64,000 bases of DNA from the human T2T-CHM13v2.0 reference genome, Homo sapiens: assembly GCF_009914755.1 (NCBI RefSeq), contig NC_060927.1; one strand, given 5' to 3'. The notes under the pieces were generated by a model. The model saw nothing but the letters and a program-made list of their open reading frames with translations, did not search any database and was not told the DNA's origin. The position numbers and the translations under genes are program-made. Below, piece by piece: positions 1 to 16,375 of this stretch (positions are counted from its first letter, which is position 1; every line of letters begins with the position of its first letter).

Positions 1-45
1 TGAATACATGGACGTAGAACCTGTGGATACAGAGAGCTGGCTGTA
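1..45. mobile_element. Terminal fragment of a Tigger/MER2-group DNA transposon
   Basis: agaacctgtggatacagagagctggctgta resembles a Tigger-family terminus ending CTG-TA. Confidence 0.45.
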
Positions 46-600
46 AAACATGGTCAGGGCCCAGATATGGTGCCAACTGTGGTGCATGATTTTTAGCAAT
101 TGGAGTGTTAGGAAACTGTGAAACTGATACAGGTGGTATTCTTTAGCACAGGGGTCATGACATTAGAAACCATGGGGAAAGAAATAATAATTGTAGCCTT
201 TTTGCTTCTGCAGTGAACAATATTTACATAATTGTGATCATATAAATGTTATTTGTTTTGAACTTTGAGAATCAACCTGTTAGACAAAGCACAAAATAGT
301 TAATTTGAGAACAATATAATGTAAATGTCCGATTTTGACTAATGTGAATATAAAGGAAGAGCTGACAGAAAGTGAGAGGTACAAACAAAGGAGCAGAGGT
401 GGAGGGAAGGAATAGAGGCACTATTATCCTTTCACATAAAGCTGGGGGTGGGTTCAAGAGATTCTGCTGAAAGAAACAGAGATTTAAGTATTTTCAGTTA
501 CAAAGGCCTGGAAATAGTGATACAGCCATCAAAATGTTTCATGGTGGGTAAGGAAACTGGAGGATAGTTTGACGAACTAAATCTTTATTCATCATAGCAA

Positions 601-916
601 TTTTTTTTTTTTTTTTTTGAGATGGAGTCTCGCTCTGTTGCCCAGGCTGGAGCGCAGTGGCACAATCTCAGTTCACTGCAACCTCCCCCTCCCGGGTTCA
701 AGCAGTTCTCTGCCTCAGCCTCCTGAGTAGCTGGGATTACAAATACCCACCACCACACCCCACGCCCAGCTTAAATTTTTTTTTTTTTTTTTTTTTTTTG
801 GTAGAGATGGGGTTTCACTATCTTAGCCAGGCTGGTCTTGAACTCCTGACCTCATGATCCACCTGCCTCTGCCTCCCAAAGTGCTGGGATTACAGGTGTG
901 AGCCAGTGCCCGGCTG
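601..916 (-). mobile_element. Alu (S-like)
   Basis: poly-T followed by gagatggagtctcgctctgttgcccaggctgg...cccaaagtgctgggattacagg. Confidence 0.95.
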
Positions 917-1321
917 CAGCAAGGTTTTTTTTTTACTATGTAAGCATCTTGTTTAGTGAATTGGAAGTAACCAGAAAGCAGTAAAAACAGGTTAAAAGTG
1001 CTGCCTCTGGAGAGTAGGAATAGAAAGCAGGAGAATAGTGGGGTGAGGGACTGTTGCTTTTTATTAGAAGTTCTTTTGTACTATTTGATTTTTTTAAATT
1101 TGTATACATTTATTACACTGAAAAATATTTAATAAATTAATTCAGATGCCCAGTTCCGCACCCAAGATGTTGATTTATTATATCATGGTGGGGTTCAGGT
1201 ACTTATTTCTTACAAGCTAAGAAAAAGTAATGGCTACTTTTAATGTTCATTTTTATTTTGAATATACATAGGGTTTATCAACTTACATTTAATGAATTTT
1301 TTTTATTTTTTTTGAAACTAG

Positions 1322-1396
1322 ATGGCGGACTTCCACCACAAATGGAGGGATTTTGACTGTATCTATTGACAATCCTGGAGCAGTGCAATGCCCAGT
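1322..1396 (+). CDS. FYTTD1: FYTTD1/UIF internal coding exon, 75 nt (WRTSTTNGGILTVSIDNPGAVQCP)
   Basis: T-rich tract + ctag acceptor, gtaagt donor; phase 2/2; peptide recognised as UAP56-interacting factor. Confidence 0.93.
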
Positions 1397-2732
1397 GTAA
1401 GTTGTTTCTTTCTTTTTGCAAAAATTATAACCTCTCATTACATGAGATCATAAGAAAGTATTGGACTTCTGCTCAGAGAATGATGTCCAAGTTGGGATGA
1501 ACCAGGAAGACAGTAATACCTGTGATACAATATGGAAACAGTATATGGTGTAAAGTAAAGTAAGAGCTTTCTTGATTCCTGATTCTGCAGCCCTAAATGA
1601 CCACGTTGGAACAGTGTTTTTTATGTTTTAAAAATTATGTGCATGTATACTCTGTGTACCCTTTTTTTGGAGGCAAGGTCTGGCTCTGTTACCCAGGCTG
1701 GAGTGCAGTGCCATGATCATGGCTTATTGCAGTCTTGACCTCCCAAGCTCAAGCGATCCTCCTGCCTCAGCCTCCCGAGTCCTGAGGAGCTGCAGCGACA
1801 GTTGCCCACCACCATGTCTGGCTTTTTTGTTTGTTTGTGCCCAGACTGGTCTTGAACTCCTAGACTTAAGCAGTCCTCTTGCCTTGGCCTCCCAAAATGC
1901 TAAGGTTACAGGTGTGAGCCACTGCACCTGACCCAATATATATATTTTTGTGTACAATAATAAACGAGATGATGGTATACATGCTACTTCTCCTAATCCC
2001 TGTAATGTTTTCGATGTCTTTATTTTTCAGACCATACAGACCTACGTTCTCTTTAAATTTATTGCTTTATAAACTTTGTCAATTTATGGAGCTTATGTTC
2101 TATTCAACCATCTCTTGATTTTTTTAAGAGATAACGTCTCACTCTGATGCCCAGGCTAGAGTGCAGTGGTGCCACCATAGCTCACTGCTGCCTCGAACTC
2201 CTGGGCTCCAATAATTCTCCTGCCTCAGCCTCCTGAGTAGCTGGGAACATAGGCATGCACCACCACACCCAGCTAATTTTTTTTTTGTACAGATGGGGGT
2301 CTTGCTGTGTTCCTTAGGCTGGTCTCTAACCCCTGGCCTCAAGCGATCCTTGTGCCTTGGCCTCCCAAAGTACCGGGATTATAGGCCCGAGCCACAGTGC
2401 CTAGCCCTCCAGCCATCTTAATGATTGAAATGAAAAGCATGTAGGATGGGTACCTAGGACTTTAGAGGTTGCTTTATTTTAATGGAAGATCAAGAGTTAG
2501 GAATCACCAAACATTCCAACTTGTTGAAAAGTTTGTAGTTCTATTTAAAGAGATATTCTCTGAACAATTATATATTTTAGTCTAGAGTAGCCAGTGAAAC
2601 TTTTTTTTTGAGAACACAAATAAAATGGCCCTAATACATTTGAACATGTGTACAAGATGTCTTAAGTACCAAGTGAATTTATTTTTCTTTTCATTGTTAA
2701 GCTGCTCTGATATTTTAATATTTTTCTAATAG

Positions 2733-2859
2733 AACTCAGAAACCACGATTAACTCGTACTGCTGTACCTTCATTTTTAACAAAGCGGGAGCAAAGTGACG
2801 TCAAGAAAGTTCCTAAAGGTGTTCCCCTGCAGTTTGACATAAACAGTGTCGGAAAACAG
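2733..2859 (+). CDS. FYTTD1: FYTTD1 penultimate coding exon, 127 nt (TQKPRLTRTAVPSFLTKREQSDVKKVPKGVPLQFDINSVGKQ)
   Basis: ttttctaatag acceptor, CAG/gtaaaa donor; frame continuous with flanking exons. Confidence 0.94.
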
Positions 2860-3530
2860 GTAAAAAAACGTTTTCTGTATTTTCTTGGGTCATTTGCTGA
2901 GTATTTTAATTAACAAAGTATTTATTATAATAGTGAATTATAAACAAGGTATCCTAACTGCCCCCTGAAACCTAGGGAACCACTAATCTGCTTTTGTCTG
3001 CCATTTGCCTATTTTGACATTTCATATAAATCAGCTCATACGGTATACATTTGTGACTGAATTCTTTCACTTAGCATAATGTTTTAAAGGTTCATCTATA
3101 TTGTATGCGTGTTTAATTTTGTTTTCCTGCTGAACAGTGTTCATCATATGTATATACCACATCTTATTTATTCCTTCATTACTGGATGGGTATTTGGGGT
3201 GTTTTCAGTCCTCGGATATTAGGAATAATACTGCTCTGAGCATTTGTGCAGAAGTTTTTGTGTGAGCATCTGTTTTCATTTCTCCCTGGTAAATACCTAG
3301 GAGTAGAATTGCTAGGTTTATAGTAACTCTGTATCTAACCTTTTGAGGAACTGCTGGACTGCTTTTTTCCTAGAAGAGTCTGTGCTACAGCTTAATATTC
3401 CCACCAGCATCTATGAGGGTTCTGAATTTCTCTACATCCTCACCAACACTCACTATTATCTGCTGTTCGACTATAGCCATCTAGCAAGATTACAGGATAC
3501 AAGGTTAATAACAAAATTGTCAAAACCAAC

Positions 3531-3820
3531 CAGGTGCGGTGGCTCACGCCTGTAATCCCAGCACTTTGGGAGGCCGAGGTGGGGAGATCACCTGAAGTCA
3601 GGAGTTCGAGACCAGCCTGGCCAACGTGGTGAAATCCTGTCTCTACTAAAAATACAAAAATTAGCCTGGTGTGGTGGCTCATGCCTGTAATCCCAGCTAC
3701 TAAGGAGGCTGAGGCAGGAGAATTGCTTGAACCCAGGAGGCAGAGTTGGCAGGGAGCTGAGATCGTGCCACTCACTCCAGCCTGGGCAACAGAGCAATAC
3801 TACATCTCAAAAAAAAAAAG
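3531..3820 (+). mobile_element. Alu (S-like)
   Basis: ggtgcggtggctcacgcctgtaatcccagcac...poly-A. Confidence 0.95.
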
Positions 3821-3924
3821 GTCAAAACCACATTGACAATTTTGTATTAACCATATTAAGCTTGTATCCTATAATTTTGCTAAATTCACTTACTTTTGTA
3901 TTGACTTTGTGGATTCCTTAGGAC

Positions 3925-4717
3925 TTTTTTTTTTTTTTTTTTTTTGTGAAACAGTCTCACTCTGTCACCAGGACTGGAATGCAGTGGCATAATCATAGCT
4001 CACTGTAGCTTTGACCTCCCAGACTCAAACGATCCTTCCTCCCACCTCAGCCTCCTGGGTAGCTGGGGATACAGGCACACACCACCACACCCAGGGATTC
4101 AGGCACACACACCACCACACCTGAGGATACAGGCACACACACCACACCTGGGGATACAGGCACACACCACCACACCTGGGGATACAGGCAAACACCACCA
4201 CACCTGGGTATGCAGGCACACACCATACCTGGGGATGCAGGCACACACACTACACCTGGAGATACAGGCACACACTGCCACACCTGGGGATACAGGCACA
4301 CACCACCACACCTGGGGATGCAGGTACACACACCACACCTGGGGATACAGGCACACACCATACCTGGGGATGCAGGCACACACACTACACCTGGAGATAC
4401 AGGCACACACTGCCACACCTGGGGATGCAGGCACACACCACCACACCTGGGGATGCAGGCACACACACCACACCTGGGGATACAGGCACACACACCACCA
4501 CACCTGGGGATATAGGCACACACATCAGCACACCTGGGGATACAGGCACACACCCACACCTGGGGATACAGGCACACACACCACACCTGGGGATACAGGC
4601 ACACACACCATACTTGGCTAATTCTTATATTTTTTGTAGAGACAGGGTTTCAGATAGGGTTTCGCTACATTGCCCAGGCTGGTCTTGAACTCCTAAGCTC
4701 AAGCCACCGCCTGCCTT
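3925..4717 (-). mobile_element. Old Alu (J-like) with an internal minisatellite
   Basis: Alu sequence at 3925-4062 resumes at 4614-4717. Confidence 0.85.
4063..4613. repeat. Minisatellite, 20 units of about 26-31 bp (ctggggatacaggcacacaccaccacac)
   Basis: Counted 20 caggc/caggt/taggc cores. Confidence 0.95.
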
Positions 4718-4943
4718 CTGTGGCTGGCCAGCTTAGGATTTTCTGTGTAAACAATCATTTCATTCTCCTAATTCCTTTCCAATCTTTAAACCTTTTCTTT
4801 TTCTTGCTTTGTTACAAAGGCTAGGACCTCCAGTCCAATGTTGAGTAGAAGTGGTAAGATGTATACTTGTATGCATGCCTTGTTCCAAAGCCTGAAGAGA
4901 AAGCACTAAATATGTCACCATTTAGTATGATATTAGGCATAGA

Positions 4944-5240
4944 TTTTTTTTTTTTTTGAGATGGAGTCTTGCTCTGTAGCCCAGGCTGGAGTGCAGTGGC
5001 ATGATCTTGGCTGACTGCAACCTCTGCCTCCTGGGTTCAAGCAATTCTCCTGCCTTAGCCTCCTGAGTAGCTGGGATTACAGGCATGTGCCACCACACCC
5101 GGCTAATTTTACTGTATTTTTAGTAGAGACAGGGTTTCACCATATTGGCCAGGCTGGTCTCAAACTCCTGAACTTTTGATCCGCCTGCCTTGGCCTCCCA
5201 AAGTGCTGGGATTACAGGCGTGAGCCACCATGCCTGGCCC
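4944..5240 (-). mobile_element. Alu
   Basis: Full-length antisense Alu. Confidence 0.95.
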
Positions 5241-5428
5241 AGTTTCTTTTTTTTTATTTTTTATTTTTATAGATTCTCTTTGTCAGATTGAGGAAGCTCC
5301 CTTCTATTCCTGATATGCTGAGAATTTTTATCAAGAATGGGTATTCAATTTTGTCAAATGCTTTTTTGGTATCCTTGAAATAATGTGAAATTGAAGATAC
5401 AAAGGATGGATAGAAATTTGACCAAATT

Positions 5429-5724
<296 letters not shown>

Positions 5725-6207
5725 ATTTTGACCAAATTTGTTTTGCTTATTTTTATTTTGTTGCTATTATTGTTTTCCAGAAATGGTATAGTTTGTAGAT
5801 GCTGTTGTTAATAAAAAAAAAAACAGATTTTCATTTGAATTTGATTTGAATTTCTGTGTTGAACTCACCGTAATTCAAGAAAATTTGCTATAAAATATTT
5901 ACAGGTCTGAAGAGTTCTTACTTTTATCAGTGACATCATGAGTTGGTGGCAGTGTTTACAGAGCCTGAAAATAATTCAGATAGGGGCTTTGGGTGTATGA
6001 CTTCTAGGCATTATAGCATATGTGTGTTTTATATAGTATATAATGTAGGCTTTATATGAGGTCATACATGTAAATATTTAGGAAATTTTAGCTGTCATTA
6101 CTTGTAATTAATCATAAGATCACATTATTGTTCCAAAGCAAATATGGCCTTCAGTAAAGTTGTTAATTGTTGCTTTGTTGTTGTTTTTGTTTTTTTCTTT
6201 TCTCTAG

Positions 6208-6306
6208 ACAGGGATGACGTTGAATGAGCGGTTTGGGATCCTGAAGGAACAAAGAGCCACTCTCACATACAACAAAGGGGGAAGCCGCTTTGTCACCGTG
6301 GGATAG
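6208..6306 (+). CDS. FYTTD1: FYTTD1 last coding exon ([32 protein letters not shown]-stop)
   Basis: Long pyrimidine tract + tag acceptor; phase 0; TAG stop at 6304-6306. Confidence 0.95.
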   Translation, partial: TGMTLNERFGILKEQRATLTYNKGGSRFVTVG

Positions 6307-8695
6307 GTCCCATGTCAAAGGAACTTTTGAGTGATGACTCTGAGAAGTTGAATTGCTTGAAGAGTTCATCACGGAAATTCAAGAAACTTTACTTCAAAAT
6401 ATTCACAAGGCTAAATAACTCTTATTTTTATTTTTGAAGGTTTTTTTTTTTAAAAAAAAAAACGTATAAAATAATGCCCTGAAAGAATAATAGGGATTAT
6501 ACCTGTCTGTTCTTAAAGATTTCATGGTTGGCTCAGACAGAACAATCATCTGTTTGACTTCTTTGGTTCCTCATGCAGCAGAAGGAAGACAGAAAGATAG
6601 AAATTGATTATTTTTATGATAGCGGTATTCAGGATCTCATCACCTTTGCCCGTGTTTTAGACTTTGTCATGGTAAATCCTGGTCTTCATAAACATGAGTA
6701 GGTCCCTTGGTTGCTGTCACTTGCCCTTTAATAGTGTTGATGTAGTCAGTGCCGTTGCCTTTTCTTCATTAGAGACACAGAACAATGTATTAGAATTTCC
6801 AGCTGTGGGTTTGAAGACTTAGGGGGACATCCAGAACGTGCTTCCTCTTTCAGACGGTGTAAAGTCCCCTGGAATTACACAGCTTTAGTGCTGAGCTTTT
6901 AACAGGAAATGTGGCCCTAGGTATTAGTCTTAGTTTAAAATGTTGGTGTTTAGAGACTGTAAATGCATATTCACAAAGTTATCTGATAGGGCCTTGGAGG
7001 AGAAGGTCCAGTTTTAAAAAATGACAGTTTGTGTTTAATAAATGAAGGCATGAGAGGAAGTAAGTAGCAAGTTGAAGGACAGGTAGTTGAGATGAAACAC
7101 TTCAAAACCCTGGTTATAGATGTACTGTTTGGATGTAGCATAGTCTTGAGTCTAGCGTCCACAAAGAATTATTCAAATGATATTTAGAAGAATTATAACT
7201 ATTACATTGAATGGAGTCCCTTGGATATTTTGATAGTAAAATTAATAGCCATAAAGTCCTAGACTTCTTATTTGAAGTTAAAATTTCTTATTTGAAAAGT
7301 TGAAATTTATGAGCTTTGAAGATTGCTAAATTAAATAATTTATAGCTCCAAAAACAAAAATATACTTGTATATGTCACAGAGAAAAAAAATGCAAAATTT
7401 ATAATAGAGTTACATTAACCTTGTTGTTTACCTTTCACTGATTTCTTATATGGTATAAATTAAAGTTCAGGCATTTATGGGGAGAAAAGGCCCTCCCCAC
7501 CGACCCGCCACCTGCCACCTCTGACGGAGTGGGAGAAGTTAGTCTGTGCTAAGATAGTACTGAGTCCCCAGATGTTGTATACTGTAAATTACAGTATAAT
7601 GCCAAATGCAGCAAAATCTTCCAGCTGTACGTTACAAGTTTGGTCATTTTGAAGCTTGACATTTTAGTTTGCCATTATGTTAAAAACATCTAAATAGGTG
7701 TTAGTTTCTCAGGAGTAGATTGTTAGTGTTGACTTTTCCTGTAAAGCAGACATCGTTCTTGGCCTGCCCTGCATTGTATACTAGATTTCATTGTTGTCTC
7801 TCATGCTTCTTGAGTTGCTTCATGGTTTATGCTCGCCATGGAAAGCTATCAGTAACAGTTTCATGCTTATACCAAAGAATTAAATCTGATCTTTAATATC
7901 TGATATTTTCCTGGTACTCGTACTGATAAGGGATTATTGGAAGTCAGTCACAGAATTTGGAAATAAATTCTAGTCTCTCCTTAGCTATTTGATGCTTTTC
8001 ATATAGGCCAAGAACTCATTGCAAAACATTTTTGCAAGGATGAATGCCTGTATTTGGTCTAGGAACAGTACATTTTAGTCTGATTTAGAATTACTGGTAG
8101 CTTATTTTAAAGCAAGGAAAAGCAGCTGAGCTCAAGTTTGCTGTCTTTAGAATGGTTTGTGAAAATATGGTATAAAGGTGTTTTCATTTTCCTGTTCTTA
8201 CCTATTATTGTATAGAGCTATTCATGCCATTTTTTGGGAAAACTTTAAAAATTGCCCCAAATACTGACATTGAGTGCATTAAATAACAAATTATCTTTGA
8301 TACATTAAACTTTTATTCTTCATGCATCTGTAATTTAATTTTAAGTATAATGTTTTGCCTTTGGTACAACTAAATTAAAACTCTTGGTGGTCACATATTG
8401 TATATAAACAAAACAATATGCTTTGTTGAAGGAAAATTTTCTTTATTGGAATGTGGTTGTAATCCTTGTTCAGTTCTTAAGTTTCGGTTTTTTTTAAAAA
8501 CAGGATGCAACTTAAACTTTTCTTTGCATCAAGGTATATGCAAAACATTGGTGCCGTGCATCACCAAATGAAAGTTTGTATTTAACGAGGAGGTGCTTTA
8601 CACTGTACTTTTTGGTGTTTTTTGGAAAAGTTACATTTAGATCTATTCTGAAGCTGTTCATTTTTAACAAATAAAATGTTACAGGTTTCACATGA
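6307..8695 (+). other. FYTTD1: FYTTD1 3' UTR (repeat-poor proximal form)
   Basis: AT-rich, repeat-free stretch after the stop, ending at AATAAA plus a GU-rich downstream element. Confidence 0.7.
8670..8675 (+). terminator. Polyadenylation signal AATAAA (proximal/major candidate)
   Basis: Followed by gagttgtggtttttagattgtt at about 8718-8740; other AATAAA at 7037 and about 7962. Confidence 0.7.
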
Positions 8696-8910
8696 TTTAT
8701 TCTCAGCTCTAAAGATTGAGTTGTGGTTTTTAGATTGTTCTATGTTACGAAGAACTTTGTAGTGGTTATCTATATTTGTAGTTTTTAGGGTGTGAAACCT
8801 TATCTACTAGCAAAATTGGTAAATCACTGTAGACTCTTCTATTAGCATCCCTCTCTCTTTTGATGATTTCATTTGTAGCTCCAACAAATGAATCTAAAAA
8901 GAAGAATCCA

Positions 8911-9267
<357 letters not shown>

Positions 9268-9623
9268 TTAACCCCTCCTTTTTACACCTTAGTAAAGTGA
9301 GTCCTAGTGTTTTCAAGACTTGCATGTGGCAGAGTTATTTTTTGAGCTCAGATCTTCTAATTCTTAATTGATAATAAACTGCTTTGGTGAATTAACACCC
9401 ACAGAAAATAGTGGAATGGTGTGTGGTTTTCAAATACCTAAGAATTGGTAATAGCCATGCTTTAGCATTTTTAGCATGGTAAGTAAATCTATTCTACCAG
9501 TGATGGTTATACTTTATTACTTTGCTATTTGGGTTAGGTAGACCTGTTAGAAAAGTCCAGTGTTCCTAATCAGATATGCATTTTTTAAAAACAGGCATAA
9601 ACTCTTCACCACAATTTTAATTA

Positions 9624-9833
9624 CAGTCATCCCTCAGTATACACGGAGGATTGGTTCCAGGACCCTTGTATATACCCAACCCTGCGCAATACTGAAGTCC
9701 CACATCTGTGTAAACGAAAAGTTGGCCCACTGTGTACATGGATTTTCCATTCCAAGATGTTTTTTTGGTTCAAAACAATTTGCTTATAAGTAGACCCAGG
9801 TAATTCAAAGCCATGTTGTTGAAGGGCCAACTG
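9624..9833. mobile_element. MER2-type Tigger DNA transposon (internally deleted)
   Basis: tacagtcatccctcagtat...ttggttccaggaccc start and ccatgttgttgaagggccaactg end. Confidence 0.75.
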
Positions 9834-9868
9834 TTTAAGCCAATCGTAAAATACTGTGTCTGAGGAAA

Positions 9869-10082
9869 CAGGCCTCATTGCTCAGCAGTGAGTTTTTATT
9901 AGACTAGGTATGTATATCATTATTAATATTTTACTGTAAATAGCTTTGTAATTCACACAAAGTATACGGGCCCAGCAGGCCTCATTGCTCAGCAGTGAGT
10001 TTTTATTAGACTAGGTATGTATATCATTATTAATATTTTACTGTAAATAGCTTTGTAATTCACACAAAGTATACGGGCCCAG
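9869..10082. repeat. Perfect 2 x 107-bp tandem duplication
   Basis: 9869-9975 reads identical to 9976-10082. Confidence 0.97.
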
Positions 10083-10450
10083 AATAATTTTTGTTGATTT
10101 ATTTTTACTATAAGGAGATAAGAGAAAAAATAGCTCACTTGGCAGCACAGAAAATGAATACCATATTGGCAATATTAAAGCAGAAAATAATTCATTTCTG
10201 ATCAGTAGTGCTTTCAGTTTTCATCAGAATTATTATTATTATTATTATTTTGCCACTGTGAAAAAGCAGTTAAGCATGTAAAACTTCCCTTTAGAGAGGG
10301 TTCTTTTTGGATAGATCAATTTGGAACTAGCTTCTTTTTTTTTTTTTTAAATGATACTTCAGTAAACACAGCATTTACAACAAGAATTGTGGACTATGGT
10401 GGACCATTAATAGGGATTTAAAGATTTACTTAGAAATTGTAGACTTCTAA

Positions 10451-11786
<1,336 letters not shown>

Positions 11787-11956
11787 AGAAGTGGAGTCTT
11801 AGAAGGAGTGACCATGATATGTTTCTACTGAGTAGAAGGGGGAAGGGAGGACATAACCTTTGCATGATATAGTGAAATGCAGAGCTGGAAAGAACTATTA
11901 AGATTTGAGTGAAACTTTTGCCCCCTGTGTTGAATGAGTTAACTTTCAGTCTGTAA

Positions 11957-11962
11957 AATAAA
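11957..11962 (+). terminator. Candidate distal FYTTD1 polyadenylation signal AATAAA
   Basis: AATAAA preceded by UGUA (ctgtaaaataaa); use is inferred. Confidence 0.5.
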
Positions 11963-12279
11963 CAGGAAGAACTGGGAAGTACACTGTATCAATTGCTAAC
12001 ACTGAATAACCTGCGCTGCCTGTTTTTTCAGCTTCTGCTCCCAGACCACAGACCAGTGGTGGAAGAAGTTACAGATCCCTGTAAGCCACTTTGCTCCTGG
12101 CCTTTGTACAACTATCTTTCATCATTTCTTTTATTCATCATTAGACTCTTTGGTGAACTCCCCACAAAGACTCCATTTCCTATATCTCTTTCTCATAAGA
12201 CGCTGTCACCTACTTTATGGAGATGACTGAGAGAGTAGGGTAAGAATTCCCTCATAGTCTACCTTTACTTTGTAGCTGA

Positions 12280-13390
<1,111 letters not shown>

Positions 13391-14914
13391 TTTAACTCCT
13401 AAAAATATACTCAGTCCTATGATAGCATAGAGTTTAATATATTAAGGACCTTAAAATCTTGTTGAATATTCAAGCATCAATCTATAAGCTTGGTCAGTTC
13501 AGGGCTAGCATAGTATGTTGCTATTACAATGGGATGTATTCATACATATAGATAGGAATGAGGCCTATTACAGAGAACTTGACAGAATTTAGTGTAGATG
13601 TGGAAGGTAATAAGCAATCAGATGACAATGGTGCATTTGAAAAGGTACATCTGGCAACTAATTCTACAGCATTGTAGCATTAGTGTGGAGTATATGAATA
13701 GATAATCAGTCATTGTAGTTGAAATCTCCCTAAAAAGTAAAAAAACTGCCCTTAAATAGCTTAATATCTTTCGAAGAATAACAGTTTTAGGAAGCCCAGG
13801 ATAACAAAAAGCTATATATGCATTGGATAAATGTTATTTGCTGGGGATGACAAATACGTCACCTGCCATTGTGACCCACGCTCATAACATGTATGAGCTC
13901 ATAACATATGTATGGTTATGTATCATGGAACTTGTTGCTGAAGTAACTAGAATGTATTGAGAGTTTATAGAACAGCTCTCTGGGCAGCTGTTACTAATCA
14001 ACTTTGGCACTGGGATTAAACATTTTTATACCTTCTAGCATTTAGCAATTCATGCCAATTGAGGTGTCATTGAAGAGTTGGGGCTTGAATGAGAGGATCT
14101 CTCCATCCTTATTTTTCTTTTGCTCTCTGACACGAACTTTCTGATCTGTGGCCTTCGTATCCTCCACATGTTACCACTTTAAGTCGTATCTGGATGTGTT
14201 CATGCTGATCCATCTTCTAGTCTCACCTTCCAGTTTGTCCTACTTTATAATCCTTCAGGTTTAATTCAAAACCGAATTTATCCATGATATAGCTTTCTTT
14301 TCTCTGGACTCATAAGTAAGCCCCATCACTCTTAGCCCTTTTTTGTGGGCCTGTCTGGGTTCCATAATTAGATTGTGATCCTCTAGGAAAGGATTGTACC
14401 TGACAGCCTCTTCTATTTCCCATAGTAAAACTAGTTGATTAATTGTTGGTAAAATTTACATCATATAGCAGAAATGGCTTCTTCAGTAAAACAGACTGAA
14501 GAATATGCTAGAGACTGGCTGCAATATAAGTGAGGTCTAATTGGTTTTAAATGAAGTATTTTCCACTCTTTCATTTCTTGAGTGGTTTCAATTTAGAGCA
14601 TCTCTTCGGTTCTACCTTTAATTCCCACATTTAGATTACAGTGAGATCATTTTCTGTTCCTCAATTTTGGTTCCAGACCAACATTTTAGATTTTAATACT
14701 ACTATAATCTTGCTTTATCCAACAATAAAATCTTGCCAAAAGTACAAGTACTATTGAAGATATTTGTTGTATTTTCATTAAGAAAAGCTATTTTATAAAA
14801 GGGATGGATGATATAAAATAATACGTTTTTAATGAGAATTTTGAGCCCAATTAGCACGTTTGTTTGTTTGTTTTCTCTCCAGCAACCATAGTAAGTCCAC
14901 CAAACCTTGATTTA

Positions 14915-15325
<411 letters not shown>

Positions 15326-15489
15326 TTAATGCTTAGTCGACTCCTCCACTACTGAGGGAGCAAGGCGGAGAAGTTTTGATGCGGAGCGTTGCCTGAAAGA
15401 TGTTTTTGTAGAGGCATTTTAGAAATGCCCCTGGGAGGTTAGAGTAGGGGGCTGCTCTGGATTTGTGAGGTCCGTTTTAACTTCCCTTG

Positions 15490-16330
15490 AAAAGCGCATC
15501 ATGTGGGCGGGGGCAAGCGCCTGGCTGCGCCGGGGGGCACCACGGTGCTGCCCATCACGGGAACCGTCCGGGGTCGGTCCGTGAGCCCCTTTCTCCGCCC
15601 ACCCAGCGGTCCGGCCGCGCATGCGCTGAGCTGGCGGGCCCGAGTGTTGTCGGCTGGGAAATGGCGGCCGCGGGCTTGGTCGCTGTGGCAGCGGCTGCCG
15701 AGTACTCTGGCACGGTAGCGTCGGGAGGTAACCTCCCTGGTGTTCACTGCGGCCCAAGCTCCGGGGCAGGCCCTGGTTTTGGCCCGGGCTCGTGGAGCCG
15801 CTCTCTCGATCGAGCCCTGGAGGAGGCGGCGGTCACTGGGGTGCTGAGCCTGAGCGGCCGGAAACTGAGGGAGTTTCCCCGGGGAGCGGCCAACCACGAC
15901 CTGACGGACACCACCCGGGCGGGTGAGCGGGGCGGGGGGCGTCTCTGCCCGTCGGAGACCCGGCGCCGGGAGCCGCCCCGGCCGGGGGAGGCGGATGCGG
16001 GGGAGTTACAGCAGCTCGTCCCGTAGGCGCCGGGTCCGGACCCGGGTAACGGGGAGAAGCCGACGGCGCCAGCCCTCCGGGCCTGCGCCAGACCCAGAGC
16101 CTGGGGAGAGGCGGCGGGCGGCGGCATCTCTCGGGGAAGGGGGCCGGAGTGATTGATGGATGATTTTTTAGGCTTTCTGAGGAAAATCAGTTTCTGCCAC
16201 GGCGGAGGTAGACCCTTGCCCCGCCCCGGTTTCTGCAGGCCCTTTCGGATTTGGGGTGCCGAATGGACCTGCTAAGACGGGAACGTTAGCGCGAGCTCTT
16301 CACAGATCAGAGTAGCAGGGGTGTCTGGAC
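15490..16330 (+). promoter_or_regulatory. LRCH3: CpG island / TATA-less LRCH3 promoter and exon 1
   Basis: Dense CpG; GC box gggcgggg 15505-15512; NRF1 palindrome GCGCATGCGC 15617-15626; YY1-like aaATGGCGGC over the start codon. Confidence 0.9.
15661..15922 (+). CDS. LRCH3: LRCH3 exon 1 CDS (MAAAGLVAVAAAAEYSG...SLDRALEEAAVTGVLSLSGRKLREFP...TTRA)
   Basis: gaaATGG Kozak context; G/gtgagc donor, phase 1; LRCH-family N-terminus. Confidence 0.96.
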
Positions 16331-16375
16331 GAGCTGCATTGTCAGGAAGGGTCGGTCTCAGCCCTGGAGTTTTTT

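Larger units (their letters stand above)
2960..5400 (-). mobile_element. Old L1 (L1M) 3' fragments interrupted by Alus
   Basis: L1-type text such as ttcacttagcataatgttt, tacctaggagtagaattgct, ctaggacctccagt. Confidence 0.7.

Noticed and set aside
4025-4688. Overlapping Cys/His-rich ORFs of up to 185 aa
   Set aside because: Translations of the stop-poor minisatellite in several frames; no promoter or splice context
10133-10149. gctcacttggcagcaca resembling the U6 snRNA 5' end
   Set aside because: Only about 17 nt of similarity and no continuation into U6
15487-16026. 179-aa ORF implying an N-terminal extension and read-through of LRCH3 exon 1
   Set aside because: Starts at TTG, probably upstream of the TSS, and runs past the donor at 15922; the ATG at 15661 is the credible start
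15419-16156. Antisense and alternate-frame ORFs over the CpG island
   Set aside because: Expected by chance in GC-rich sequence; no recognisable protein features
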